DNA of 64,000 nt, from positions 5,008 through 69,007 of the forward strand of contig CAYNFH010000004.1 in the NCBI GenBank assembly GCA_964396385.1. Reading direction: 5' to 3'. The translations under genes were made by a program, and so were the position numbers. This stretch comes from an uncultured Chthonomonadaceae bacterium (GTDB lineage: Bacteria; Armatimonadota; Chthonomonadetes; Chthonomonadales; CAJBBX01). Of the stretch, positions 1 to 8,530 are shown in pieces. Position 1 is the first letter of the stretch. Each line of letters opens with the position of its first letter. The notes below the pieces were generated by a model. It was not told the DNA's origin. It was given only the letters and a program-made list of their open reading frames with translations, and did no database searches.

Positions 1-1
1 A

Positions 2-241
2 TTCACCGAGCCGTGTATAGAGCTGCCGACGATGAATATCTTGGAATACTACGACCCGGAGATTGGCCACAAGAAGGTGTTCGAGCATTACCTGACTCGT
101 CTGGTGGAAAGTTGGCTTCGAGACGTAGCATACCACTGGCGTTCGGAGAGACCGCCTTACATGGAAAGCCTGAAACAAATCGGGCTGGCCCAAAGCATCG
201 CCAATGGCTTTACGCGGATCGAGCCATCCACTGGGCCGTGA
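2..241 (+). CDS. 3' end of a hypothetical protein (open at the window edge)
   Basis: Frame is open from nt 2 to TGA at 239-241. The region is AT-richer than its surroundings. No motif recognised. Confidence 0.3.
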   Translation, partial: FTEPCIELPTMNILEYYDPEIGHKKVFEHYLTRLVESWLRDVAYHWRSERPPYMESLKQIGLAQSIANGFTRIEPSTGP

Positions 242-407
242 TCCTCTACGTCGAGACCAGATAGCGAGAATACCAACCATTTCGGCACTCAAGCCACGCG
301 GAAACTCCTTAGACAGCACGGAATCAGGTACTACTCGTCCAGTTCTGCTTTCTTGTCATGGCTCAAGGCGGAGCACAGACGACGAAGTGCCAGCACCCAG
401 AGCAGGC

Positions 408-2717
408 CTAATGGTTAAACAGAAACTCCCGGTCCGTTAGCACGGCCCAGTAGAGATCCTCCAGGGCGGCGCGACGGGTCTGGCGCTGCTGGGCCACGGT
501 GGCAAAGGGGTCCAGCGGACTCTCCGCCAGCACCTTGAGCAGCTTTACCTTCTCCTCCGGAGTGGGATAGCGGGAGAGGGCAGAGAGATAGAGCTCATTC
601 ACCACCTCCTCGTCGCTCGCTTCTCCGCTAAACAGCGAATCGATCACGCCTCCGGGGGCGCGCAGCTTCTGGTTCACCGTGTCGCCGTTCACCAGGTGGA
701 GCGCCTGCGCTACCGTGGGCGTCTCCTGCCGCTCGCAGGCGCAGGTCTGCTCCCGCACCGGCCGCCCGAAGGCGGTCAGGAAGTAGGAGGAGACCTGGGA
801 GTCCCGGAGCTGGAGCGCGCGCGTGCCGGCCGGGTAACCCTCGAAGACGGTGGGCACGCCGGTCACCTGGGCGAGCGCGTCCAGCATCACCTCCGCGGGA
901 AGCCTCCGCACGATGTAGTGAGAGTAGTAGCGGTCGTCTCTGGCGTTGATGCCGACCGGCTCCGCGGAGCGCTGGTACGCCTCGGACAGCAGGATGGTAC
1001 GGATGAGGCGCTTCACGTCATAGCCGCTCCGGATGAACTCCTGGGCCAGGGCGTCCAGCAGATCCTGGTTGGAGGGCGGGTTCGTGAGGCGCAGGTCGTC
1101 CACGGCTTCCACCAGACCGCGGCCCATGAAGTTGCGCCAGACGCGGTTGACCAGCGCCTTGGCGAAGTACGGATTGTCCGGCGCGGTGACCCAGTCGGCC
1201 AGCGTCTGGCGACGGTCTCGCGGGTCATCCAGCGCGATCTCCACACCGTCCAGCGGCCTGGGCGGCAGCGGTACGCCCAGGCGGGGGTGGTTGATGTCTC
1301 CTTCGGAGGAGGCTAGCACCAGCACCTCGCCGGGCCGATCGCCGTTCTTCAGGCGGACGCGGGCCATGAGGTTGGCCATCTGGTAGTAGTCGCGCTGTGT
1401 CCACTTCTCCAGCGGATGGTTGTGGCAGCGAGCGCACTGCACGGACATACCGAGAAAGGCCTGCGTGGTGGTCTCGGTAAGCTCGATGGGCTCCTTGTGC
1501 AGCAGGAAGTAGTTGGCCGCTCCGTTGTCCAGCGTGCTGCCGGTGGCGGTGAGGACCTCCCGGGCAAAGCGGTCCCAGGGTTTGTTCTCCGCGACGCTCC
1601 GGCGGATCCAGTTGTAGAAGCTCGTGAGGGCGGGGCCGGGCAGCTTGCGGCTGCTGACCAGCAGCAGGTCACACCACTTGTAGGTCCAGTAGTCCACGAA
1701 CTCCGGCCGTTGGAGCAGTGAATCGACCAGCTTCTCCCGCTTGTCCGGGCTGGTGTCACCGAGAAATGACTCGACCTCGCGCGCTTTGGGAAGGATGCCC
1801 GCCGTGTCCAGGTAGGCGCGGCGTATGAACTCCGAGTCCGTGCACCTCGGCGAGGCCGGAAGGTGGAGCGCGTCCAGCTTGGCCTGGACGAGGGAGTCGA
1901 TGAAGGATGAGGGATGAGGGATGAGGGATGAATCTGGATGAGGCGATGAGGCGATGAGGCGATGAGGCGTGGGCGGAGTCGTGAGTCGTGAGTCGTGAGT
2001 CGTGAGACCGGAATCATGCCGACTGACGACTGATGACTGACTACTGCCGACCGGCCCGAACGGGGAGATGACGCGGGCAAAGGCGACGCGGCTGCTGAAC
2101 CATACGGTGATGGCGGCCTCACCGCTGCCCGCCCCTTTCACCAGGCCGTTGTCATCGACAGTGGCGACCATGCTGTCGCTGGTCCCGAACTTCACCCATC
2201 GCGTCACGTCTTCCGCATGTCCGTCCGAGTAGTGGGCGCGGACGCGGATCTGCTCGGTGTGTCCCGGCAACACCTCCGCGGAGCGCGGAGTGACTTCCAG
2301 CGATTGGAGGCGTGGGTCCTCCGGCGCGGGCGGAGGCGCTCCTGCCGCGATCCATCCGGCTACCACTCGATAGTCCGTCGACCCCTTCTTGAGCCGCTCG
2401 CCGCCTCCGTGCCCAATAGTCATGGTGGGCTTCAGGATCATGAGGCTGGCGGAGGGGTCGCCCTTCACCACACGCCGGCCGAAGCTCTGGCGGGTGAGCA
2501 CGTCGTAGTCGGAGAGAGGGTCGAAGCCGCGCAGGCTGAGCTTCAGCCCGCCCTTACCGGCCGCCGCGCCGTGGCAGGAGCCGCCGTTGCAGCCCGCCTT
2601 GGTGAGCACGGGCAGCACCTGATTGCGGAAGCTGGGCGCATTGGCGGCTCCTCCTGCCGGTGCCAGTCCAACGACCGCACAGAGGCAAAGACCCATTACC
2701 AAGAAGTATTTCCTCAT
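408..2717 (-). CDS. DUF1549/DUF1553 domain protein with an Ig-like (Big_2-type) middle domain and a signal peptide
   Basis: N-terminal signal peptide. Motifs KAGCNGGSCHG and CARCHNHPLEKWTQRDYY are typical of the DUF1549/DUF1553 (PSD1-type) family. Its ATG overlaps the stop of the upstream small ORF (ATGA at 2714-2717). Contains a 150-nt low-complexity insert at 1899-2048. Confidence 0.85.
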   Translation of the reverse strand: MRKYFLVMGLCLCAVVGLAPAGGAANAPSFRNQVLPVLTKAGCNGGSCHGAAAGKGGLKLSLRGFDPLSDYDVLTRQSFGRRVVKGDPSASLMILKPTMTIGHGGGERLKKGSTDYRVVAGWIAAGAPPPAPEDPRLQSLEVTPRSAEVLPGHTEQIRVRAHYSDGHAEDVTRWVKFGTSDSMVATVDDNGLVKGAGSGEAAITVWFSSRVAFARVISPFGPVGSSQSSVVSRHDSGLTTHDSRLTTPPTPHRLIASSPHPDSSLIPHPSSFIDSLVQAKLDALHLPASPRCTDSEFIRRAYLDTAGILPKAREVESFLGDTSPDKREKLVDSLLQRPEFVDYWTYKWCDLLLVSSRKLPGPALTSFYNWIRRSVAENKPWDRFAREVLTATGSTLDNGAANYFLLHKEPIELTETTTQAFLGMSVQCARCHNHPLEKWTQRDYYQMANLMARVRLKNGDRPGEVLVLASSEGDINHPRLGVPLPPRPLDGVEIALDDPRDRRQTLADWVTAPDNPYFAKALVNRVWRNFMGRGLVEAVDDLRLTNPPSNQDLLDALAQEFIRSGYDVKRLIRTILLSEAYQRSAEPVGINARDDRYYSHYIVRRLPAEVMLDALAQVTGVPTVFEGYPAGTRALQLRDSQVSSYFLTAFGRPVREQTCACERQETPTVAQALHLVNGDTVNQKLRAPGGVIDSLFSGEASDEEVVNELYLSALSRYPTPEEKVKLLKVLAESPLDPFATVAQQRQTRRAALEDLYWAVLTDREFLFNH
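1899..2048. repeat. Composite tandem 7/8-mer low-complexity element inside a CDS
   Basis: Successive blocks: GATGAGG x about 5, GATGAGGC x4, GAGTCGT x4, a core GAGACCGGAATCATGCC, then GACTGAC x about 3. The total of 150 nt keeps the reading frame. Confidence 0.85.
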
Positions 2718-2908
2718 CTCTGGGATTCTGAGCGCGGGAGTGCGGCGACCGCTGCCCTCCAGACTTCGGGGTCGCCGAGTCGCACCGCCTGGTCCGCCCC
2801 TACGTTTTCAAGCAATAGGGCGAGTAGAGTAATCCTTTGTCTGTTGGACCAGAGCAGCCGGCCACGGATCATCTCGAGCTTCTCCGGGCACAGGTAGTAC
2901 CGCTGCAT
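2714..2908 (-). CDS. Small hypothetical protein (64 aa)
   Basis: ATG at 2906-2908. Its stop overlaps the ATG of the DUF1549/1553 gene (ATGA). Sequence begins MQRYYLCPEKLEMIRGRLLW; family not recognised. Confidence 0.3.
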   Translation of the reverse strand: MQRYYLCPEKLEMIRGRLLWSNRQRITLLALLLENVGADQAVRLGDPEVWRAAVAALPRSESQR

Positions 2909-2990
2909 GGCCTCCCCAGACTTCCATGCTCTTCCTCTTCGCCGGATCTTCCAGTCGCTGTTCTTCATCGCGAATAAACGCCCCCACGAT

Positions 2991-3071
2991 TCAAGCAAGC
3001 CAGGCAGACCGCGCGTCCTCAGATTCAAAGTCTCTCTCTGCCTTCGCGATCCACTCCTCACTCAGCGTCAT
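2991..3071 (-). pseudogene. Possible remnant of the HEPN partner of the upstream nucleotidyltransferase
   Basis: Only 26 codons are open (MTLSEEWIAKAERDFESEDARSAWLA, then stop). The start resembles HEPN N-termini, but no continuation was recognised in any frame. Confidence 0.25.
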
Positions 3072-3204
3072 GATCGTAGAGGGTCCGACCTCTCTCCAGT
3101 ATCTCGCGGATGAAATGGTCTCCCATGTCAAGCCGCTTGCGAACCTCGCCCGGTGTTCGCACCAGGATGTCCATTGGTAGGCGGACATCCAGCACCGAGC
3201 GGAC

Positions 3205-3432
3205 CTACCTGGAACGCTCGACAGGTCGCACCTGCGAGTTCATGATGACCATGAGGTCCACGTCGCTATCGGTGTGCGGCTTGCCGTAGGCATAGGACCC
3301 GAACAGGACGACCTTTTCCGGCTGGAATGCCTCTACTATGCACCGGGTGATCTCGGCGAGTAGCTCCTCCGTAACTGTGGGACGCGGCTCCTCCCACGTC
3401 GCGATTCTCGCGTTTGCCTGCGTGCGGCTCAT
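3205..3432 (-). CDS. Minimal nucleotidyltransferase (MNT-type, toxin-antitoxin-associated)
   Basis: Motif LFGSYAYGKPHTDSDVDLMV matches GS-x9-11-D-x-D. Its ATG overlaps the stop of the DUF1501 gene (ATGA at 3429-3432). Confidence 0.75.
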   Translation of the reverse strand: MSRTQANARIATWEEPRPTVTEELLAEITRCIVEAFQPEKVVLFGSYAYGKPHTDSDVDLMVIMNSQVRPVERSR

Positions 3433-4802
3433 AACAACTCCGCGATGGGGCGGGCCGAATACTCCACAACCGGGAGGGGACGGCCGCCGGGACTGGGCAA
3501 CTCGGTAGTCAGGTCGATGCCGAGGGCGGTAAGGAGGGTAGCCGCCACGTCCGCGGGAGGCGTGGGACGGTCCGTGGGGTAGCCGCCGGTCGCGTCCGAA
3601 GCGCCTACCACCCGCCCGCCTTTGATGCCGCCGCCGCCGAGCACAATAGACCAGCACTGCGGCCAGTGGTCGCGCCCGCCGGCAGGGTTGATCTTGGGCG
3701 TGCGGCCGAACTCGCCCATAGCCACCACGATGGTGTTATCGTACAGTCCGCGCTGCTGGAGCTCCTCGATGAGGCTTGCGTAGCCGTTATCGAACCATGG
3801 CCCGCAGAGGGTGCGGTACGCATCGATGGGGGTGAACGGGGCGGAGCCGTGGATGTCCCACGTGATTTCGTTGAACACAGTTTCAAACATGTTGATGGTG
3901 ACGAACCGCACCCCGCGCTCTATCATGCGGCGGGCCAGCAGACAGCTCTGCCCGAACTTGTTCATTCCGTACTTCTTGCGGGTCTCCTCGCTCTCCTTGG
4001 AGATGTCGAACGCCTCCCGGGCTTTGGCGGACGACATGAGGGTGTACGCCTGGTGGAAGTTCTGGTCCAGCAGGCGGGCGTCCGGGCTAGCCTCGAATGT
4101 TTTCACCGCCCCATCCACCGCCTCGCGAAGCTTGCGCCGCCTCTCCTCGCGGACGGCGGAGATGTAGTCCGGTGGCAGCAGGTCCGGAACCTTGAAGTTC
4201 TTGTCCGAGGGGTCAGCGTTCAGCACGAAGGGATCGTACTGCTTACCGAGGTAGCCGGCCGTCTGGCCGTGGGGCAGGTTCCCACCGGTGGGCCCCATGG
4301 GGCGGGGCATGAGGACGTGCGCCGGCACGTCCCCGCGCGGTCCTTTGAGGTAGCCCAGGATACAGCCCACGTGCGGATGCTCAATGCCGCCGGTGAAGAG
4401 CCGGCCGGTCTGCATCATCTGGTGGCCGGTGTCGTGGACGGCGGCGGCCGTGTGGTACACGGACCGGACAATGGAGAACTTGTCCGCGTGCCGGGCCATG
4501 CGGGGGAAGATCTCGGAGATCTGGATTCCGGGAACGTTGGTCTTGATGGGCTTGAAGGGACCGCGGATCTCCTGCGGCGCGTCCGGCTTCATGTCCCACG
4601 TGTCGAGCTGGCTCGGCGCTCCCAGGAGGAACAGCATGATGCAGTTGACATCCTTATCGCCGCGGACCTGCCCCTCCGCCTTGAGCGCGAGGAACTCCGG
4701 CATAGTGAGTCCCAGCATGGAGAGTGCGCCCGCGTGCAGGAAGTCTCGGCGCGTAAGCCCGTCGCACAGGTGTACCGGCTTCTGGGCATCCAGTCGGAAC
4801 AT
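3429..4802 (-). CDS. DUF1501 (sulfatase-like) protein with a twin-arginine signal
   Basis: Start chosen at ATG 4800-4802, behind a GGAGGA RBS. TAT motif TRRDFLHAG, and GRDHWPQCWS is typical of DUF1501. Confidence 0.85.
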   Translation of the reverse strand: MFRLDAQKPVHLCDGLTRRDFLHAGALSMLGLTMPEFLALKAEGQVRGDKDVNCIMLFLLGAPSQLDTWDMKPDAPQEIRGPFKPIKTNVPGIQISEIFPRMARHADKFSIVRSVYHTAAAVHDTGHQMMQTGRLFTGGIEHPHVGCILGYLKGPRGDVPAHVLMPRPMGPTGGNLPHGQTAGYLGKQYDPFVLNADPSDKNFKVPDLLPPDYISAVREERRRKLREAVDGAVKTFEASPDARLLDQNFHQAYTLMSSAKAREAFDISKESEETRKKYGMNKFGQSCLLARRMIERGVRFVTINMFETVFNEITWDIHGSAPFTPIDAYRTLCGPWFDNGYASLIEELQQRGLYDNTIVVAMGEFGRTPKINPAGGRDHWPQCWSIVLGGGGIKGGRVVGASDATGGYPTDRPTPPADVAATLLTALGIDLTTELPSPGGRPLPVVEYSARPIAELL

Positions 4803-5155
4803 GCTCGCTCCTCCGTTCCGCGTCCTACCACACTCCATAGGTCGCAAGACGACGGTTACATTATATCCCTTGACGGAAGACCGAAGACGGACGATCGAAA
4901 TGCGGGCTCCGTCCGTCACCCGTCCTCGGTCATCCGTCTGAGCCGAAGAGCCGCAAACAGCACGGCCGCGGACCCACACTCGTGGATCCGCGGCCGGTTC
5001 GGTGTCGGCGGCAGGAGCGGCCTGTATCCCGGACGGAGACCTGGACCTTCCGGAAGGCCGGCTCACGCCTCGCCGGGGCCTAAGCGGCGAGAGCACTGCG
5101 CGACAACTCTGCGGTTGTTATGCCACGGAGCGGCGGGGTTCTTCACACATTGGCT

Positions 5156-5228
5156 GGAGTGATGGAGTATTAGTGTAATGTCTCGGATCCCCATTCCGGT
5201 GCCCACCACTCCATCACTCCACTACTCC
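5156..5228. repeat. Intergenic hairpin repeat with GGAGTGATGGAGT arms
   Basis: Left arm GGAGTGATGGAGTATTAGTG, right arm CACCACTCCATCACTCCACTACTCC. Same arm family as the elements at 7028-7115 and 42293-42376. Confidence 0.8.
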
Positions 5229-5630
5229 GTTCTGCACCCCTGCCTGCTCCACCACCGGCTCGTCACGGGGGTAGAGGATGATGTAGGCGAGCGTGATGAG
5301 CGCGGCTGCAACGATGCCGAAGGCGGCCTGACCGAAGGTTACGATTGCGCGCGCGACGCAGAGCAGGCCAAAGGCGCACTCCAGCGCACCACGGGCGATG
5401 CCGACCTGGATCCAGGCTACATTGCGAATGGGATTCTCGGCCGCAGCCACGTACCCGATGCCCATGGTCAGCAGCGCGCAGCCCCAGATACCCAGGATAT
5501 AGTGGACGCCGCGCGGCAGGTCTCCAAAGCCGAACGCACGCTCCACACGGCCCGGAAGGAGCAGGAGTAGCGCGCCGAGCAGGAACAGTACGGCGGCATC
5601 CAGGATCAGTACGAACCGAAGCGCGCGCAT
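5214..5630 (-). CDS. Small polytopic membrane protein
   Basis: 138 aa starting from ATG 5628-5630, with about 4 hydrophobic segments. The longer ORF upstream of this start has no support. Confidence 0.55.
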   Translation of the reverse strand: MRALRFVLILDAAVLFLLGALLLLLPGRVERAFGFGDLPRGVHYILGIWGCALLTMGIGYVAAAENPIRNVAWIQVGIARGALECAFGLLCVARAIVTFGQAAFGIVAAALITLAYIILYPRDEPVVEQAGVQNGVVE

Positions 5631-5641
5631 ATTCGTCTCCC

Positions 5642-5965
5642 TTACTTCAGCATCTTGACCGCACCAAGGATACACAGCACGGCGCCGCCAAGACCGATCA
5701 CGAGAAACGGGAGCGAAATTGCGGCGTAAGCGGCTCCCTCCATGTGTCCCAAAAGCACCGGTTGGGTGATCATGCTGGCACACATACCGACGAGTCCCAG
5801 AGGCAATGCCAGCAGGAGCAGCACCACCGCGCCCAATACGTGAGCAATGCCGGGACCCTGCCGCGGTCCACCCAGGCTCGCACCGCACTGCCAGCAGTAG
5901 CTCGCCCCCGGCCGCTGCGCCGCTCCACACCGCGCACATTGCCATTCAGACCCCGCAGTGCTCAT
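5642..5965 (-). CDS. Zinc-ribbon membrane protein
   Basis: N-terminal C-x2-C...C-x2-C (WQCARCG...YCWQCG) followed by TM segments. Confidence 0.55.
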   Translation of the reverse strand: MSTAGSEWQCARCGAAQRPGASYCWQCGASLGGPRQGPGIAHVLGAVVLLLLALPLGLVGMCASMITQPVLLGHMEGAAYAAISLPFLVIGLGGAVLCILGAVKMLK

Positions 5966-5979
5966 AGAGAATCACCCCT

Positions 5980-6306
5980 CTAAGATCGGCGGAGCAGTCC
6001 GATCATCGCCAGCACCCATACTGCAATTAGGACCGCTATGCCGAGGAGAATAGGCGTTGGACTGCCGGCGCTCGATGTACCGGACGCGTTGCACGTTGCC
6101 GCGAGCGCCAACACCCCCGCTGCGAAGAGGCCGGCCGCGGTGGCTACGGTGACCGCCAAGGTCAGCAGTACCGCCGCCAGGATCCGCCAGATAGAGAGGC
6201 CGCTCCTATCGGGGGCCGCACGCTGGCCGCAGTGGGCGCAGTAGACCGCGTATCCGCCGAGCAAAGCGCCGCAGCGGGCACACCTGTGCAGCGTCTGCGG
6301 CGGCAT
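5980..6306 (-). CDS. Zinc-ribbon membrane protein (paralogous architecture)
   Basis: CARCG...YCAHCG followed by TM segments. Lies immediately downstream of lgt. Confidence 0.55.
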   Translation of the reverse strand: MPPQTLHRCARCGALLGGYAVYCAHCGQRAAPDRSGLSIWRILAAVLLTLAVTVATAAGLFAAGVLALAATCNASGTSSAGSPTPILLGIAVLIAVWVLAMIGLLRRS

Positions 6307-6307
6307 G

Positions 6308-7024
6308 TCACGCGCCTGCGGCCTGTGGCGCGGGCCGGCGGTACGAGAGCGCGAGGCCGATGGCGGCTGCCAGCGCCAGCTCCAGGCAGACGGCCTGCGC
6401 GAGCGACAGTCCCACGAAGCTCAGCGACCGCTCCCGCGTAAACTCCACCAGGAACCGGGAGACGCCGTAGAAGAGCAGGTAGACCTTGAAAAGATCGCCC
6501 TCCCGTTGCAGCCGGGTCCGCAGAGCGAGCAGAATGACCAGGATGGCCGCTGCCGCGCCGGAAGCGTAGAGCTGCGAGGGATGCCGCCACGCGCCATGCT
6601 GGTAGACCGCCCAGGGCACACGGCTCACCGTGCCGTAGCAGCAGCCATTGAAGAAGCAACCGATGCGTCCCACCGTCTCGCCGGCGGGCAGCGCGAGGGC
6701 GAAGAGGTCGCCGGTAGAGCGGCGGATGCCCAGGCGTCGCTTGGCCAGCTCCACACAGATCCAGCCGCAGATGACCCCGCCAATCAGCGTGCGGCCGCCG
6801 TTCCGCGGGTCCAGCACTGAGGCGAGATGCGCCGCCAGCGCGGTGAAGTGGGCCACCGCCCACTCCGTCAGCTTCGCGCCCAGTAAGCCACCTGCCAAGC
6901 CGGCCACCGCAACCCGGCCCGTGCCCTCCGTGTCCATGCGCTTCCGGCGCGCCGCCACGTAGAACACTGCGGCGCCTACCACGTAGGCCAGAGAGGTGAA
7001 GAGCGCACCTATAGTCGGGTTCAT
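6308..7024 (-). CDS. lgt: Prolipoprotein diacylglyceryl transferase
   Basis: Lgt signature GRIGCFFNGCCYG in a polytopic protein. Start is at ATG 7022-7024, directly after the hairpin repeat. Confidence 0.85.
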   Translation of the reverse strand: MNPTIGALFTSLAYVVGAAVFYVAARRKRMDTEGTGRVAVAGLAGGLLGAKLTEWAVAHFTALAAHLASVLDPRNGGRTLIGGVICGWICVELAKRRLGIRRSTGDLFALALPAGETVGRIGCFFNGCCYGTVSRVPWAVYQHGAWRHPSQLYASGAAAAILVILLALRTRLQREGDLFKVYLLFYGVSRFLVEFTRERSLSFVGLSLAQAVCLELALAAAIGLALSYRRPAPQAAGA

Positions 7025-7027
7025 TTT

Positions 7028-7115
7028 GGAGTACTGGAGTGATGGAGTGGCGGGATAATGGGCCCGGATTCCGCCTCCCGGACACAACTCCATTACTCCA
7101 ATACTCCATCACTCC
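7028..7115. repeat. Intergenic hairpin repeat (GGAGTGATGGAGT arms, CCGGATTCC core)
   Basis: Left arm GGAGTACTGGAGTGATGGAGTGG. The loop contains CCGGATTCC at 7064-7072. Right arm ACTCCATTACTCCAATACTCCATCACTCC. Confidence 0.85.
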
Positions 7116-7125
7116 GTTGATCCCT

Positions 7126-8463
7126 TCAGGCGCCGGCCTCCGCCAGGGCTACCTCTTCCACACTCACCTCGGGTATCTGGGCGGCTGCCGTCTGGAGGGC
7201 GTGCGCTCGCCGGGTGAGGTATCCGTACTCCACCGCGGCGGCCACCGAGTAGGCGATCGATGCCAGCCACATCCCGGGCATGCGCAGAGCCAGCCCGATG
7301 AGCAGCATAGCGGCGTGGAAGGTGAGGTTGAGGGCCATGCCGTGGTACACCGCCTTGGGGCAGCCCAGAGCCATAAGTCGTCCACGCGACGAGGAGCCGA
7401 GGGAGGTCAGCAGCGGGAGCAGGCAGCCGGCGGCGATGCCCACCTGCGCTAGCGGCCGGAGCGCGGGGGCCAGACGGACCACGCCGGTCAGATACAGTCC
7501 CAGCAACGGCGTCAGCGCGATGAGCGCCGTGATGACGGTGGTGGCGATGCCCACCAGCCAGGCGAACCGGGCGAGCGGCCTCCGGGCCTCGGGCTCGCCG
7601 CCGCGGGCCACCGTGATCTCCTGAAGGGCGAAGCCCCAGCCCCGCATCACCAGGAGCAGCGTGGCCACCACCGGCCAGGCGGCCAGGGTGGCTTCGCGCA
7701 TCGGCAGCCGGGCCAGGGCGGCAGCCGTCATCGGCTGTGCGACCAGCGTGAGCAGCGTGGTGAGGGCGAGTGGCGCGTGAAAGCGTAGTATGGCGCGCTG
7801 AGAGAGGGCGGGCCCGGGCTCTTCGACCGGCAGAACCTCCCGCCGCAGCAGGGGCGCCGCGAAGAAGGTGGTAGCCATCGCCTCCGCAAGCACGGCCGCC
7901 ATAAGCGTGATCCCGCCCACCTGCGCGCCGGGGAGCGGGCCCCAAGCGGCGAGTGAGAGGGCGGTCGCCACGGTCACGGCCAGGCGGATGGCGGTGCCCC
8001 AGGACACCTTGCGCGTCTGGCCACGGCGGATCAGGATGCCTTGATGGAAGCGCCGCCACGCGATAGCCGCGGTCCAGAAGATCATGATCTGGAGGGCAGG
8101 CCTCGCTGCTGTGGCGATGTCTGTCGGCTGACCCATCCAGCCGAGCGCCACTCGTCCATAAAGCGGGGTGAACGCGAGGAGGGCCGCCAGAGCCGTGCAG
8201 AACGCCAGCACGGTGAGTGTGAATCGGCGAAGAGCGCGGTAGGATGGGCCGTCACGTACCAGGGCGATAGCGGTCGCCAGCAGCATGATGACGGGGCTCT
8301 CCACCAGCAGCGAGAGGGACATGGTGAGGCCCCAGGCGGCCAGGTGGAGCGACGCGTGCGGGAGCCGCCCGATGGCGGCCTGCACGGCCGGCCCTTCTAG
8401 CATCATCAGCTCAAAGCTCACCGCCAGGGGGAGCCAGAGCGCGGCAATGGTGCGGATGCGCAT
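7126..8463 (-). CDS. Polytopic membrane protein (10 or more hydrophobic segments), family unresolved; possibly MATE/flippase-like
   Basis: 445-aa ORF that is hydrophobic throughout. Antisense ORFs here look like GC artefacts. Confidence 0.6.
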   Translation of the reverse strand: MRIRTIAALWLPLAVSFELMMLEGPAVQAAIGRLPHASLHLAAWGLTMSLSLLVESPVIMLLATAIALVRDGPSYRALRRFTLTVLAFCTALAALLAFTPLYGRVALGWMGQPTDIATAARPALQIMIFWTAAIAWRRFHQGILIRRGQTRKVSWGTAIRLAVTVATALSLAAWGPLPGAQVGGITLMAAVLAEAMATTFFAAPLLRREVLPVEEPGPALSQRAILRFHAPLALTTLLTLVAQPMTAAALARLPMREATLAAWPVVATLLLVMRGWGFALQEITVARGGEPEARRPLARFAWLVGIATTVITALIALTPLLGLYLTGVVRLAPALRPLAQVGIAAGCLLPLLTSLGSSSRGRLMALGCPKAVYHGMALNLTFHAAMLLIGLALRMPGMWLASIAYSVAAAVEYGYLTRRAHALQTAAAQIPEVSVEEVALAEAGA

Positions 8464-8530
8464 GTGTAGGAGTAGGGGCGGCCCCGTGTGGCCGCGTCTA
8501 CAGAGTACCTACGCGTGGTACGCTGTGTCC

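Noticed and set aside
3666-5162. 498-aa plus-strand ORF. Similar long ORFs occur at 19551-20780 (-), 21149-22708 (-), 29318-30634 (-), 29919-31643 (-), 41040-41804 (-), 45448-46236 (+), 49637-50605 (+) and 52303-53616 (+).
   Set aside because: Each lies antisense to a gene with clear family motifs (DUF1501, GH43, beta-helix, GH127, CE15, pseudopilin, HEAT, Gfo/Idh/MocA). Their Arg/Gly/Pro/Ala-rich composition is typical of shadow ORFs in high-GC DNA.
6162-8059. Long Arg/Gly/Pro-rich ORFs at 6162-7112 (-) and 7109-8059 (-)
   Set aside because: They are out-of-frame overlaps of lgt and of the 445-aa membrane protein gene respectively. Their composition is typical of alternative frames of GC-rich membrane protein genes.
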